Shown: positions 52,881-61,828 of the stretch, in pieces
Layout of the letters: the number at the start of each line of letters is the position of its first letter
Position numbering within the stretch: position 1 is the stretch's first letter
NCBI GenBank assembly: GCA_017619975.1
Contig: JAFZRH010000031.1
Location: 1,459-65,458, forward strand
Origin: Lachnospiraceae bacterium
GTDB lineage: Bacteria; Bacillota; Clostridia; Lachnospirales; Lachnospiraceae
DNA: 64,000 bases
Direction: 5' to 3'
Made by a program: the position numbers and the translations under genes
Notes under the pieces: generated by a model
Told to the model about the DNA's origin: nothing
What the model saw: only the letters and a program-made list of their open reading frames with translations
Databases searched by the model: none

Positions 52881-53885
52881 ATGATCATCATATTGAAAAA
52901 TAACACGCAGACGGAGAAAAGGACCCAGCTCGTCGACTGGCTCGAAAAGCAGGGCCTGACCGTACATATTTCCGAAGGCAAATATCAGACCGTACTGGGA
53001 CTGGTCGGCGATACAAGCGCGGTCGATCAGGATCTGATCGCGAGCCTGTCCATCGTGGATTCCGTCAAGCGCGTCAGCGATCCGTTCAAATGCGCGAGCC
53101 GAAAATTTCACCCGGAAGACAGCGTGATCGACGTTTCCGGCCTCAAAGTCGGCGGCGGTCATTTCGTGATGATCGCAGGGCCCTGCTCGGTCGAGAGCGA
53201 GGAGCAGATCGTGGGGATCGCGAAGGCCGTCAAAGCTGCCGGCGCGGCGATCCTGCGCGGCGGGGCGTTCAAGCCGCGTACCAGCCCGTACGATTTTCAG
53301 GGCTTGAAGGCAGACGGCCTGGAGCTTTTAAGGATCGCGCGGCAGGAAACCGGCCTGCCGATCGTGACGGAAGTCATGTCCTCGCGGGATCTGCCGCTGT
53401 TCGAGGACGTGGACCTGTTGCAGATCGGCGCCCGCAACATGCAGAACTTCGATCTTTTAAAGGAAGTGGGACGTCTGAGAAAACCCGTGCTTCTAAAGCG
53501 CGGCCTGGCGGCCACCTTAAAGGAATTCCTGATGAGCGCCGAATATATCATGGCGGGCGGCAACGAGCAGGTCATTCTCTGCGAGCGGGGCATCCGCACT
53601 TTTGACGATTACACGCGCAATACGCTGGATCTGGCAGCCATCCCCATGCTGCGGGAGCTGACGCACCTGCCGATCCTGGTGGATCCCTCGCACGCGACGG
53701 GCATCGCCAGACTCGTGCCGCCCATGGCGCTGGCCGGCGCCGCGAGCGGCGCTGACGGTCTGATGATCGAAGTCCACAACGATCCGATGCACGCCCTCTG
53801 CGACGGCGCGCAGTCCTTAACGCCCGAACAGTACGCGGATCTTTCCGAAAAAGTCCGGGCCGTCCGGAAGGCGGTGAACGCATGA
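52881..53885 (+). CDS. aroF: 3-deoxy-7-phosphoheptulonate (DAHP) synthase, type I-beta with N-terminal ferredoxin-like regulatory domain
   Basis: 334 aa. Architecture as in Thermotoga-type DAHPS: about 65 aa of regulatory domain, then the KDO8P-like barrel (MIAGPCSVES, LQIGARNMQNF, LPILVDPSH). Confidence 0.9.
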   Translation: MIIILKNNTQTEKRTQLVDWLEKQGLTVHISEGKYQTVLGLVGDTSAVDQDLIASLSIVDSVKRVSDPFKCASRKFHPEDSVIDVSGLKVGGGHFVMIAGPCSVESEEQIVGIAKAVKAAGAAILRGGAFKPRTSPYDFQGLKADGLELLRIARQETGLPIVTEVMSSRDLPLFEDVDLLQIGARNMQNFDLLKEVGRLRKPVLLKRGLAATLKEFLMSAEYIMAGGNEQVILCERGIRTFDDYTRNTLDLAAIPMLRELTHLPILVDPSHATGIARLVPPMALAGAASGADGLMIEVHNDPMHALCDGAQSLTPEQYADLSEKVRAVRKAVNA

Positions 53886-54715
53886 CCGTCGGCATTATCG
53901 GACTGGGGATGATCGGCGGATCTTTTGCGCAGGATTACGCCAAGGCCGGGCACCGGGTCCTGGCTTTCGACCGTTCGCCGGAGGTGCTGGACGCCGCGCG
54001 CCTTCTGGATATCGCGCAGGGAGAGCTGAACGCCGAAAACGTCGGCGAATGCGACCTCATCCTGGCCGCGATTTACCCGGAGGGGATCATTGCGAAGATC
54101 AAAGAATGGGCGCCGTATATCCGAAAAGACGCGTTCGTGATCGACTGCTGCGGCGTCAAGCGCGCGGTCTGCGAAGCGCTGTTCCCCGTGGCGAAAGCGT
54201 ACGGCTTTACCTTTGTGGGCGGGCATCCCATGGCAGGCAATCAGTATTCCGGCCTGCGCTACGCTCACAGCGACATGTTCAAAGGTGCGCCGATGGTGCT
54301 CGTGCCGCCGGTCTACGACGATATCGAACTGCTGGACAAGGTGAAGGAACTGCTGGCGCCGCCGCGCTTCGGCCGCTTTTCCGTGACCACGGCCGAGGAT
54401 CACGATTCGATGATCGCCTTCACTTCCCAGATGGCGCATCTGGTCTCGACCGCCTATATCAAGAGTCCCACGGCGGGACGCCACAAAGGCTTTTCCGCCG
54501 GCAGCTATAAAGACATGACGCGCGTCGCGCGGCTGAATCCCGAGATGTGGAGCGAGCTCTTCCTGGACAATCACGACAATATTCTTCGGGAGCTGGACTG
54601 CTTTATCCGTGAGCTGACGAAGTACCGTGAGGCGATCGCTGACGGGGACAAGGAGACGCTGCGCGCGCTCCTGGCCGAAGGAAGACGCCGCAAAGAGGAG
54701 GTGGACGGTCTGTGA
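53882..54715 (+). CDS. tyrA: Prephenate dehydrogenase
   Basis: 277 aa. Rossmann IGLGMIGGSFA and the HPMAG motif. Confidence 0.88.
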   Translation: MTVGIIGLGMIGGSFAQDYAKAGHRVLAFDRSPEVLDAARLLDIAQGELNAENVGECDLILAAIYPEGIIAKIKEWAPYIRKDAFVIDCCGVKRAVCEALFPVAKAYGFTFVGGHPMAGNQYSGLRYAHSDMFKGAPMVLVPPVYDDIELLDKVKELLAPPRFGRFSVTTAEDHDSMIAFTSQMAHLVSTAYIKSPTAGRHKGFSAGSYKDMTRVARLNPEMWSELFLDNHDNILRELDCFIRELTKYREAIADGDKETLRALLAEGRRRKEEVDGL

Positions 54716-55794
54716 AAACGATTCACGTAGCGACCGGCGCTCCGTACGACGTAATCGTCGGCCGCGGCCTGCTGGACAAGGCCGGAGAGCTCCTGCGGGA
54801 TGTGCTGCGGCCGGGGGATGCGATGGCAGCGCGGCCCTGCCGGGCCGCGCTGATCGCGGATTCCCATGTGATGCCGCTGTACGGAAAGCGGGTGACGGCT
54901 TCGCTGCAAAAAGCCGGTTTCGGCTGCGAAAGTTATGTCTTTGCCGCCGGGGAAGCGTCGAAAAACCTGGACACCTACACAGATATCCTCCGTTTTCTGG
55001 CGGCGGAGCATTTCTCCCGCAGCGACGTCATCGTAGCCCTGGGCGGCGGTGTGACCGGCGACATGGCCGGCTTCGCGGCCGCGACTTTTCTGCGGGGCAT
55101 CCCTTTTTTGCAGATCCCCACGTCGCTGCTCGCCATGACGGATTCCTCGGTGGGCGGCAAGACCGCCGTGGATCTGCCCGAAGGCAAAAACCTGGTCGGC
55201 GCGTTCCATCAGCCCTGTCTGGTCGTCTGTGATCCGGACGTTCTGGAAACGCTGCCGGAGGCCGTCTTCCGGGACGGCTCGGCGGAGGTCATCAAGTACG
55301 GCATGCTGGGAAACGAAGCCTTCTTCCGTCAGCTGGAAGAAGCGCCGATCCGGGACCAGGCCGAAAACGTGATCGAGACCTGCGTCACGATGAAGCGGGA
55401 TATCGTAGAAGCCGACGAGTTCGATACCGGCGAGCGCCGCAAATTAAATCTGGGGCACAGCTTCGGCCATGCGATCGAAAAATGCAGCAACTTCGGGATC
55501 TCCCACGGGCTGGCTGTCGCGGCCGGCATGGCCATTATAACGCGCGCAGCGGTTCAGAAAGGCTTCTGCGAGCCTTCCGCCCTGCCCCGCCTGCTCTCTC
55601 TTTTGAAGCGCTGCGGCCTGCCGACGGGCACGGATTTTTCCGCCGCCCGGCTGGCAGCGGCTGCTTTATCCGATAAGAAATTTTCCGGCGGCAGGATCCA
55701 CCTGATCGTGCCCGAAGCGATCGGGCGCTGCCGCATCCTGCCGGTTCCTTCCGCGGAACTGGCCGACTGGCTGAAAGCCGGAGGTGTGTTATGA
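54712..55794 (+). CDS. aroB: 3-dehydroquinate synthase
   Basis: 360 aa. GGGVTGDMAGFAAATFLRGIPFLQIPTSLLAM and LNLGHSFGHAIE. Confidence 0.92.
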   Translation: MKTIHVATGAPYDVIVGRGLLDKAGELLRDVLRPGDAMAARPCRAALIADSHVMPLYGKRVTASLQKAGFGCESYVFAAGEASKNLDTYTDILRFLAAEHFSRSDVIVALGGGVTGDMAGFAAATFLRGIPFLQIPTSLLAMTDSSVGGKTAVDLPEGKNLVGAFHQPCLVVCDPDVLETLPEAVFRDGSAEVIKYGMLGNEAFFRQLEEAPIRDQAENVIETCVTMKRDIVEADEFDTGERRKLNLGHSFGHAIEKCSNFGISHGLAVAAGMAIITRAAVQKGFCEPSALPRLLSLLKRCGLPTGTDFSAARLAAAALSDKKFSGGRIHLIVPEAIGRCRILPVPSAELADWLKAGGVL

Positions 55795-57119
55795 GTCTGA
55801 CGATCAAAGCCGGTGCCCGCACCGGGCTGGTCCGCATTCCCTCGTCCAAGTCGGAGCTGCACCGCTTCCTGATCCTGGCCGCGCTGGGCGAAGAGCCCGT
55901 AACCATCCGCAAGCGCGGCGTTTCCGAGGATATTCAGGCGACGGTCCGCTGTCTGACGGCGCTCGGCGCGAAGATCTCCGAAGAGGCGGAATTGCTTTCC
56001 GTGGAGCCGCTCCCCCGCTGCGAGGGACGGCTGCCCCGTTTTTCGGACAATCAGATCCTGTCCCTGCCTGTAGCGGAAAGCGGCACGTCTCTGCGTCTGC
56101 TGCTGCCCGTAGCGGGGTTGCTGGGGGCTTCGGTCTGCTTCATCCGGGAAGGCCGTCTGGCCGAGCGGCCGTTAGAGCCTTTCTTAAGTGAGCTGAAGCG
56201 TCACGGCATGATTTTTCGCGAGGAAGGGGATAAGCTGTACGCATCCGGCCGGCTAAAGAGCGGATTGTACCGTCTTCCCGGAAATATTTCCTCGCAGTAT
56301 GTTTCCGGTCTCCTGCTGGTCCTGCCGCTTCTGAAAGGCGACAGCGTGCTGCGGATCGACTGGCCGCTGGAGTCCGTGCCGTATGTGAAACTGACCGAAT
56401 GGACGCTGGAAGCCGCCGGTATCAAACTCGAACACACCGACCTCTCCCGTCCCGCCCCGAAAGGCGTCGACGGCGGTCCGCTTTCCCTGGTCTTTGATCC
56501 GCTGTACTGGATCAGCGGAGGACATATTCCGAAACTGCCGGCCGATTTCCGCGCCGGCGGCGATTACTCCGGCGCAGCCGCCTTCTTTTGCATGGGCGCG
56601 CTCTCGCCGACCGGCATCGTCGTGGAAGGCCTGGACCCGGAATCCGTTCAGGGCGATAAGGCGATCCTCGATATCCTGTCACAGATGGGGGCCGAAGTGG
56701 CTTCCGCGAACGGCATGATCGCGGTGCGTGGCGGGAAGTTAAAGGGCGGCATCTTCAATCTGTCCGATACGCCGGATCTGGCGCCGGTCCTGGCCATGGC
56801 GGCCGCGAATGCCGAAGGCAATACGCTCTTCCGCGGGGCCGGCCGTCTGCGCCTCAAGGAATCCGACCGGCTGGAAGGCATCGCCGCGCAGTTAAAAGCG
56901 CTCGGCATTCAGGCCGAAACCAAGCAGGATGCGATCCTGATCTACGGCGGAAAGCTGCAGGGCGGAGAAGTAAAGACGCTGGGAGACCACCGTCTGGCCA
57001 TGGCGGCGGCCGTCGCGGCCTGCGGGGCCGAAGGCAATATCTCGCTGGACAACGAAGGCTGCGTGGCCAAATCCTATACCGCGTTCTGGAAGGATTTCGG
57101 AGAACTGACTTTAGGATAA
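55791..57119 (+). CDS. aroA: 3-phosphoshikimate 1-carboxyvinyltransferase (EPSP synthase)
   Basis: 442 aa. PSSKSELHR, LRLKESDRL, GDHRLAMAAAVAA. Confidence 0.92.
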   Translation: MSLTIKAGARTGLVRIPSSKSELHRFLILAALGEEPVTIRKRGVSEDIQATVRCLTALGAKISEEAELLSVEPLPRCEGRLPRFSDNQILSLPVAESGTSLRLLLPVAGLLGASVCFIREGRLAERPLEPFLSELKRHGMIFREEGDKLYASGRLKSGLYRLPGNISSQYVSGLLLVLPLLKGDSVLRIDWPLESVPYVKLTEWTLEAAGIKLEHTDLSRPAPKGVDGGPLSLVFDPLYWISGGHIPKLPADFRAGGDYSGAAAFFCMGALSPTGIVVEGLDPESVQGDKAILDILSQMGAEVASANGMIAVRGGKLKGGIFNLSDTPDLAPVLAMAAANAEGNTLFRGAGRLRLKESDRLEGIAAQLKALGIQAETKQDAILIYGGKLQGGEVKTLGDHRLAMAAAVAACGAEGNISLDNEGCVAKSYTAFWKDFGELTLG

Positions 57120-57121
57120 GT

Positions 57122-58495
57122 ATGAGCAATACATTCGGAAAAAGCTACCGTTTTACCGTTTTCGGGGAGTCGCATGCCCCCGAGATCGGCGTGTGCGTGG
57201 AAGGTCTGCCGGCCGGGATCCGGATCGATACGGCGGCCCTGCAGGCATTTCTGGGCCGCCGCGCGCCGGGGAAAAACGAATATTCGACCGCGCGCCGCGA
57301 GCCCGACAAAGTCCTTTTCACCGAAGGACTGGGGGAAGACGGCCTGACGACAGGCGCGCCGCTTAAGGCCGTGATCCGCAATACGGACGTCCGCTCGGCG
57401 GATTACGACGCGTTCCGCAGCGCCCCGCGGCCCGGGCACGCGGATTATCCGGCATATGTCAAGACCGGCCGCATCGCGCCCGGCGGCGGCAAATGGTCCG
57501 GCCGCCTGACGGCTCCCCTCTGCATCGCGGGGGGCATCGCCAAACAGCTCCTGGAGGCGGAAGGGATCAAGGTCTTCGCCCGCATCGAGAGCATCGGCGG
57601 CGTACACGATCCCGGTCCTTTTACGGAGAGTCTGGAAGGAGAAATCTTCCCTGTCAGTTCGAAAAATCCCCTGACCGCCAAGCGTTTTGAGGAAAAGATC
57701 GCGGCCGCGAAAGCCGCCGGCGATTCCGTGGGCGGCACGGTGGAATGCTGCGTTACGGGCCTTCCCGTGGGGTTGGGCGAGCACCCCTTCGGCGGTCTGG
57801 AAAACCGGATCGCGGAAGCCGTTTTCGGCATTCCCGCGGTGAAGGGCATCGAATTCGGCGACGGCTTTGCCCTAAGCGCGCTGCACGGCAGCGAGGCCAA
57901 CGATGCTTACCGTTATGAAGACGGCCGCGTCGTCACCAAAACGAATCACTGCGGCGGCGTCCTGGGCGGCATGGCAAACGGCATGCCTCTGATCTTCCGC
58001 GTCGCCTTCAAACCCACGCCGACCATCGGAAAAGAGCAGGAAAGCGTGGATCTTCTGACCGGGGAAAACGTGACCGTTCAGGGCAAAGGCCGACACGATC
58101 CCTGCATCGTGCCGCGCGCCGTGCCGGTCGTGGAAGCGGCGGCGGCCGCGGCCTTGTACGACCGGCTGCTCACCGAACGCGAAGAGGCGGCGCAGGCAAG
58201 CGGGAAAAAGAGCCAAAAGGAACCGTCCCCGATGGCACTGGAAACGCTCCGGCTTGCGATCGATGAAGCCGATCAGGCGCTGCTGCCCGCTTTCTTAAAG
58301 CGCATGGAGGCGGCCGAAGCCATCGCCGCGTATAAGAAAGAACGCGGGCTGCCGGTCTTCGATGCGGCCCGCGAGGAAGCGCTCCTGGAGAGAATCAAGG
58401 CACGCACGCCGAAAGAAATGCAGCCCTATGCCCAGGCGTTGTACGAAACACTTCTGCGCCTCAGCCGCGAGCGGCAGGAAGAACAAATGTCATGA
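57122..58495 (+). CDS. aroC: Chorismate synthase fused to AroQ-class chorismate mutase
   Basis: 457 aa. Residues 1 to about 360 are chorismate synthase (FGESHAPEIG, GRHDPCIVPRAVPV). A Lys/Glu linker follows, then residues 371-457 are a CM_2-type mutase (LRLAIDEADQALLPAFLKRMEAAEAIAAYK). No stop codon lies between them. Confidence 0.9.
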   Translation: MSNTFGKSYRFTVFGESHAPEIGVCVEGLPAGIRIDTAALQAFLGRRAPGKNEYSTARREPDKVLFTEGLGEDGLTTGAPLKAVIRNTDVRSADYDAFRSAPRPGHADYPAYVKTGRIAPGGGKWSGRLTAPLCIAGGIAKQLLEAEGIKVFARIESIGGVHDPGPFTESLEGEIFPVSSKNPLTAKRFEEKIAAAKAAGDSVGGTVECCVTGLPVGLGEHPFGGLENRIAEAVFGIPAVKGIEFGDGFALSALHGSEANDAYRYEDGRVVTKTNHCGGVLGGMANGMPLIFRVAFKPTPTIGKEQESVDLLTGENVTVQGKGRHDPCIVPRAVPVVEAAAAAALYDRLLTEREEAAQASGKKSQKEPSPMALETLRLAIDEADQALLPAFLKRMEAAEAIAAYKKERGLPVFDAAREEALLERIKARTPKEMQPYAQALYETLLRLSRERQEEQMS

Positions 58496-59712
58496 GTGAT
58501 TACGGTCTGATCGGGCAAAAACTGGGGCACAGCTTCTCGCCGGCCATCCACGCGAAGCTGGGGGCGTATCCCTATGAACTGATCGAGCTGGAGCCGGAGG
58601 ATCTGCCCGCTTTTTTCGCGCACCGCGAGTTTCACGGCGTGAACGTCACGATCCCCTACAAAAAGACCGTGATTCCGTATCTGGACGAGCTCTCGCCCCG
58701 CGCCGAACGGCTCGGCAGCGTCAACACGATCCTGAAGCGGGCGGACGGGTCCCTTTGGGGCGGCAACACGGACTGGGACGGTTTCGCGTACCTGCTGCGG
58801 CAGACCGGTCTTGACGCCGGCGGGAAAAAAGCACTGGTCCTCGGCAGCGGCGGGGCGTCCGTCACCGTGCAGGCCGTTTTACAGGAAGCCGGCGCCGAAA
58901 CCGCCGTGATCTCCCGCAGCGGCCCGGACAATTATACGAATCTGGACCGTCACGCGGACGCGGCCCTGATCGTCAATACCACGCCGGTCGGCATGGCCCC
59001 GAAGGTCGGGGAAGCGCCGCTTTCGCTTAGGGTATTCCCGCAGCTGGCCGCCGTCATCGACGTGATCTACAATCCGGCCCGCACCGCGCTGCTGCTCGAG
59101 GCGGAAGCGCTCGGTATCCCGGCCTTCAACGGACTGCCCATGCTGGTCGCGCAGGCGGCCGAAAGCAGCCGCATCTGGGGACTCTGCCGGGATCCGGAAG
59201 CAGAGACGAAAAGGATCCTTCCCCTCCTTCGCCGGGAGCAGGAAAATATCATTCTGATCGGCATGCCCGGCTGCGGCAAGAGCACCATGGCCCGAATGCT
59301 GGGGCAGCGCTTGCGCCGCCCCGTTTACGACTCGGACAAAGAGGTCGAAAAAGAGATTGGCTGCTCCATCCCCGACTTTTTTGCCCGGGAAGGCGAAGAA
59401 GCCTTCCGCCGGATCGAGACCCGCGTCCTGACCCGGCTCGGCGCCCTTTCCGGCATCGTGCTCGCGACCGGCGGCGGCGCCGTCACCCGGCCGGAGAACT
59501 ATCCGCTGCTGCATCAGAACGGCACGATCGTCCGGATCCGCCGCCCGCTCTCCCAGCTTTCTTCCAAGGGCCGGCCGCTTTCCCAGAGCCGGAACGTGGA
59601 CGAGCTTTACCGGGAGCGCGCCGCCGCCTATGAGCGCTTCGCCGATCTCACCGTGGACTCTCAGCCGGAACGGACGGATACACTCAAAAAGATCCTGGAG
59701 GTGCTTTCATGA
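58492..59712 (+). CDS. aroE: Shikimate dehydrogenase fused to shikimate kinase
   Basis: 406 aa. N-terminal AroE (GQKLGHSFSPAIH, NVTIPYK) and C-terminal AroK (ILIGMPGCGKSTMARMLG). Confidence 0.9.
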   Translation: MSDYGLIGQKLGHSFSPAIHAKLGAYPYELIELEPEDLPAFFAHREFHGVNVTIPYKKTVIPYLDELSPRAERLGSVNTILKRADGSLWGGNTDWDGFAYLLRQTGLDAGGKKALVLGSGGASVTVQAVLQEAGAETAVISRSGPDNYTNLDRHADAALIVNTTPVGMAPKVGEAPLSLRVFPQLAAVIDVIYNPARTALLLEAEALGIPAFNGLPMLVAQAAESSRIWGLCRDPEAETKRILPLLRREQENIILIGMPGCGKSTMARMLGQRLRRPVYDSDKEVEKEIGCSIPDFFAREGEEAFRRIETRVLTRLGALSGIVLATGGGAVTRPENYPLLHQNGTIVRIRRPLSQLSSKGRPLSQSRNVDELYRERAAAYERFADLTVDSQPERTDTLKKILEVLS

Positions 59713-60140
59713 AGATCCTTGTTATCAACGGGCCGAATCTGAACCTGCTTGGTCTGCGTGAGCCGGCCATTTACGGCCGCAGATCGTACGCCGACCTGCT
59801 CGAATTCATACAAAAAAGCGCCGCCGCGCTGGATCTGGAAGTCGAATGCTTCCAGTCCAATCACGAAGGCGCCATTGTCGATAAGATTCAGGAGGCCTAC
59901 GGGAAATTTGACGGCATCGTGATCAATCCGGCCGCTTATACCCATACCAGCATCGCGATCCTGGACGCTTTAAAAGGAGTCGGCCTGCCTGCCGTGGAGG
60001 TGCATCTTTCCGATATCAGTACCCGTGAGTCCTTCCGCCGCATTTCTTACGCCGGCCTGGCCTGCGAGATCAGCTATATCGGGCTGGGTTTCGAAGGATA
60101 CCGGAAGGCACTGGAGTATTTAAAGAAGGTCCTACTTTAG
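59709..60140 (+). CDS. aroQ: Type II 3-dehydroquinate dehydratase
   Basis: 143 aa. MKILVINGPNLNLLGLREPAIYG and NPAAYTHTSIAI. Confidence 0.92.
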   Translation: MKILVINGPNLNLLGLREPAIYGRRSYADLLEFIQKSAAALDLEVECFQSNHEGAIVDKIQEAYGKFDGIVINPAAYTHTSIAILDALKGVGLPAVEVHLSDISTRESFRRISYAGLACEISYIGLGFEGYRKALEYLKKVLL

Positions 60141-60755
60141 AAGCTCTTTGATCTGCCGTTCGTACGCGTCGGGATCCGCGCCGATCACCGCTTCCCCGAC
60201 CAGCTCGCCCTTCTCATTTAAGAAGAAGGTTACCGGAATATACTGAGAAGAGACAAAAGCCAAAAGCTCCGCGGTCGGCATGACGTTCAGATAAGTCACG
60301 CCGGCCTGTTTGATCAGGTCCTTACCGTCCTTTAAGCCGCCGTCCATCGCGTCCAGCAGGATCCCGACCACCGCCAGACCGTCCGCCTGATATTTCTGAT
60401 GCAGGGCTTCCAGTTCCGGCAGCTCGCGGATGCAGGGCGGACACCAGGATGCCCAGAGATTGACCATGGTCAGCTTCTGCGCGGCGCAGACCTCGCTGAG
60501 GAAGACCTGCTTTCCCTCCAGATCCACGGTCTCCAGAAAGCGCGGCGCCGGCTGCACCGTTTCCGTCTCTGTTTGTGAGGGGGCCGCTTCTTTCGTGCCC
60601 GCTTCCGCTTTGGTCGTCTCCGCCGCCGGCTGAGATGACGTCTCCTTCCCCGTCCCGGAAGTTTCTTCCTTCAGCGGGACCGAACAGGCCGAAACAAGCA
60701 GGCATAACAGAAGCAGGCACAGCCAGCATTCCATTTTTCCGTTGATCTTCTTCAT
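60132..60755 (-). CDS. TlpA/ResA-like thiol-disulfide oxidoreductase lipoprotein
   Basis: 207 aa from ATG 60755 (ATGA overlap with the upstream gene). Lipobox LLLCLLVSAC and redox motif WASWCPPC. Confidence 0.82.
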   Translation of the reverse strand: MKKINGKMECWLCLLLLCLLVSACSVPLKEETSGTGKETSSQPAAETTKAEAGTKEAAPSQTETETVQPAPRFLETVDLEGKQVFLSEVCAAQKLTMVNLWASWCPPCIRELPELEALHQKYQADGLAVVGILLDAMDGGLKDGKDLIKQAGVTYLNVMPTAELLAFVSSQYIPVTFFLNEKGELVGEAVIGADPDAYERQIKELLK

Positions 60756-61636
60756 CTTTCTTCCTTCTCTACTTTTTTCTTCTCTCCCGCCCCGAAGCCG
60801 AATTTCAGCGCGCCGGCCGGGCAGGCTGCCACACATTTGCCGCAGCGGATGCATTCCGCGCTGTTCGGATCCATCTGCGGCTTCACCTGCATATCGCAGC
60901 ACTTTTCACAGGCGCCGCAGGCAATGCATTTTGTCTTGTCCAGCCGGATCTTTAACAGGCTGATCTTCGCAAATAAGCCGTAAAACGCGCCCAGCGGACA
61001 CAGATATTTGCAGAAAGGCCGGTGGATAAACACCGAGGCCAGCAGCACCAGCCCCAGGATCCCGAGCTTCCAGACGTAGAGGAAATGCGCCGCGCTCCTT
61101 AAGCCCTTGTTCAGAAGCACCAGCGGCAGTCCCGCTTCCAGCGTTCCCACCGGGCAGAGCCAGGCGCAGAAATACGGCACGGACAGGCCCATCTCATCCC
61201 GCAGGATGATCGGCAGCAGGATCACAAGAATCACCAGCACGGCATATTTGAGCCGCCGCAGCGGCCTGTCCCATTTTTCCGGGATCACGAACTTTTTCGT
61301 GGGGATCTTATATAAAAGCTCCTGGATCAAGCCGAACAGGCAGAGCCAGCCGCAGATAAAACGGCCGACCAGCACGCCGACGGTCAGCAGAAAGCCCAGC
61401 ACGTAGAAAGGGAACTTCACCTTCCGGCCGGTAAAAGAAGCCTGCAGCGCGCCGATGGGGCAGGCTCCCAGCGCCCCAGGGCAGGAATAGCAGTTCATGC
61501 CCGGAACGCAGAAGCGCTTCAAGGCGCCGTCATAGATCGTCCCCTTGAAAAAGCCCGCCAGATGCGCATTCGAAGCAAGGCCCCAGAAGGCCTGCACCAC
61601 CTTTCGTATCCGTCCCTGCTTCTTTCCCCTATCCAA
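60752..61636 (-). CDS. Membrane-bound 4Fe-4S binding protein (NapH/polyferredoxin-like)
   Basis: 294 aa. Several TM segments, CxxC pairs (CYSCPGALGAC) and two ferredoxin motifs CIACGACEKCC and CIRCGKCVAAC. The apparent TTG start overlaps the small CXXC gene. Confidence 0.8.
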   Translation of the reverse strand: MDRGKKQGRIRKVVQAFWGLASNAHLAGFFKGTIYDGALKRFCVPGMNCYSCPGALGACPIGALQASFTGRKVKFPFYVLGFLLTVGVLVGRFICGWLCLFGLIQELLYKIPTKKFVIPEKWDRPLRRLKYAVLVILVILLPIILRDEMGLSVPYFCAWLCPVGTLEAGLPLVLLNKGLRSAAHFLYVWKLGILGLVLLASVFIHRPFCKYLCPLGAFYGLFAKISLLKIRLDKTKCIACGACEKCCDMQVKPQMDPNSAECIRCGKCVAACPAGALKFGFGAGEKKKVEKEER

Positions 61637-61775
61637 TGCCGATACACTCCAGACAGACCCGGACCGCCTTCTGGAGCACCAGCTCCATGTCGCCCGAAAG
61701 CGCGCCGAAAAGAAGGAGGGCGGCGCCGATCCCCAGCAATAAAAAAGATGCCGCTTTGGAAAGATTCTTTCTCAT
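61629..61775 (-). CDS. Small CXXC membrane protein (CD1871A-like family), absent from the ORF track
   Basis: My translation gives MRKNLSKAASFLLLGIGAALLLFGALSGDMELVLQKAVRVCLECIGIG (48 aa). It has one TM plus a C-terminal CLEC motif. The consensus promoter sits directly upstream, and the position upstream of a 4Fe-4S protein is typical for this family. Confidence 0.7.
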   Translation of the reverse strand: MRKNLSKAASFLLLGIGAALLLFGALSGDMELVLQKAVRVCLECIGIG

Positions 61776-61784
61776 GACGGCATC

Positions 61785-61813
61785 ATTATATCGGGCAAAA
61801 GGTCCGTTGTCAA
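61785..61813 (-). promoter_or_regulatory. Consensus promoter of the CXXC/4Fe-4S/TlpA operon
   Basis: On the - strand: TTGACA (61813-61808), 17-nt spacer, TATAAT (61790-61785). Only 9 nt separate the -10 from ATG 61775 and there is no SD. Confidence 0.65.
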
Positions 61814-61828
61814 ATCCCCGCCCGTCTT

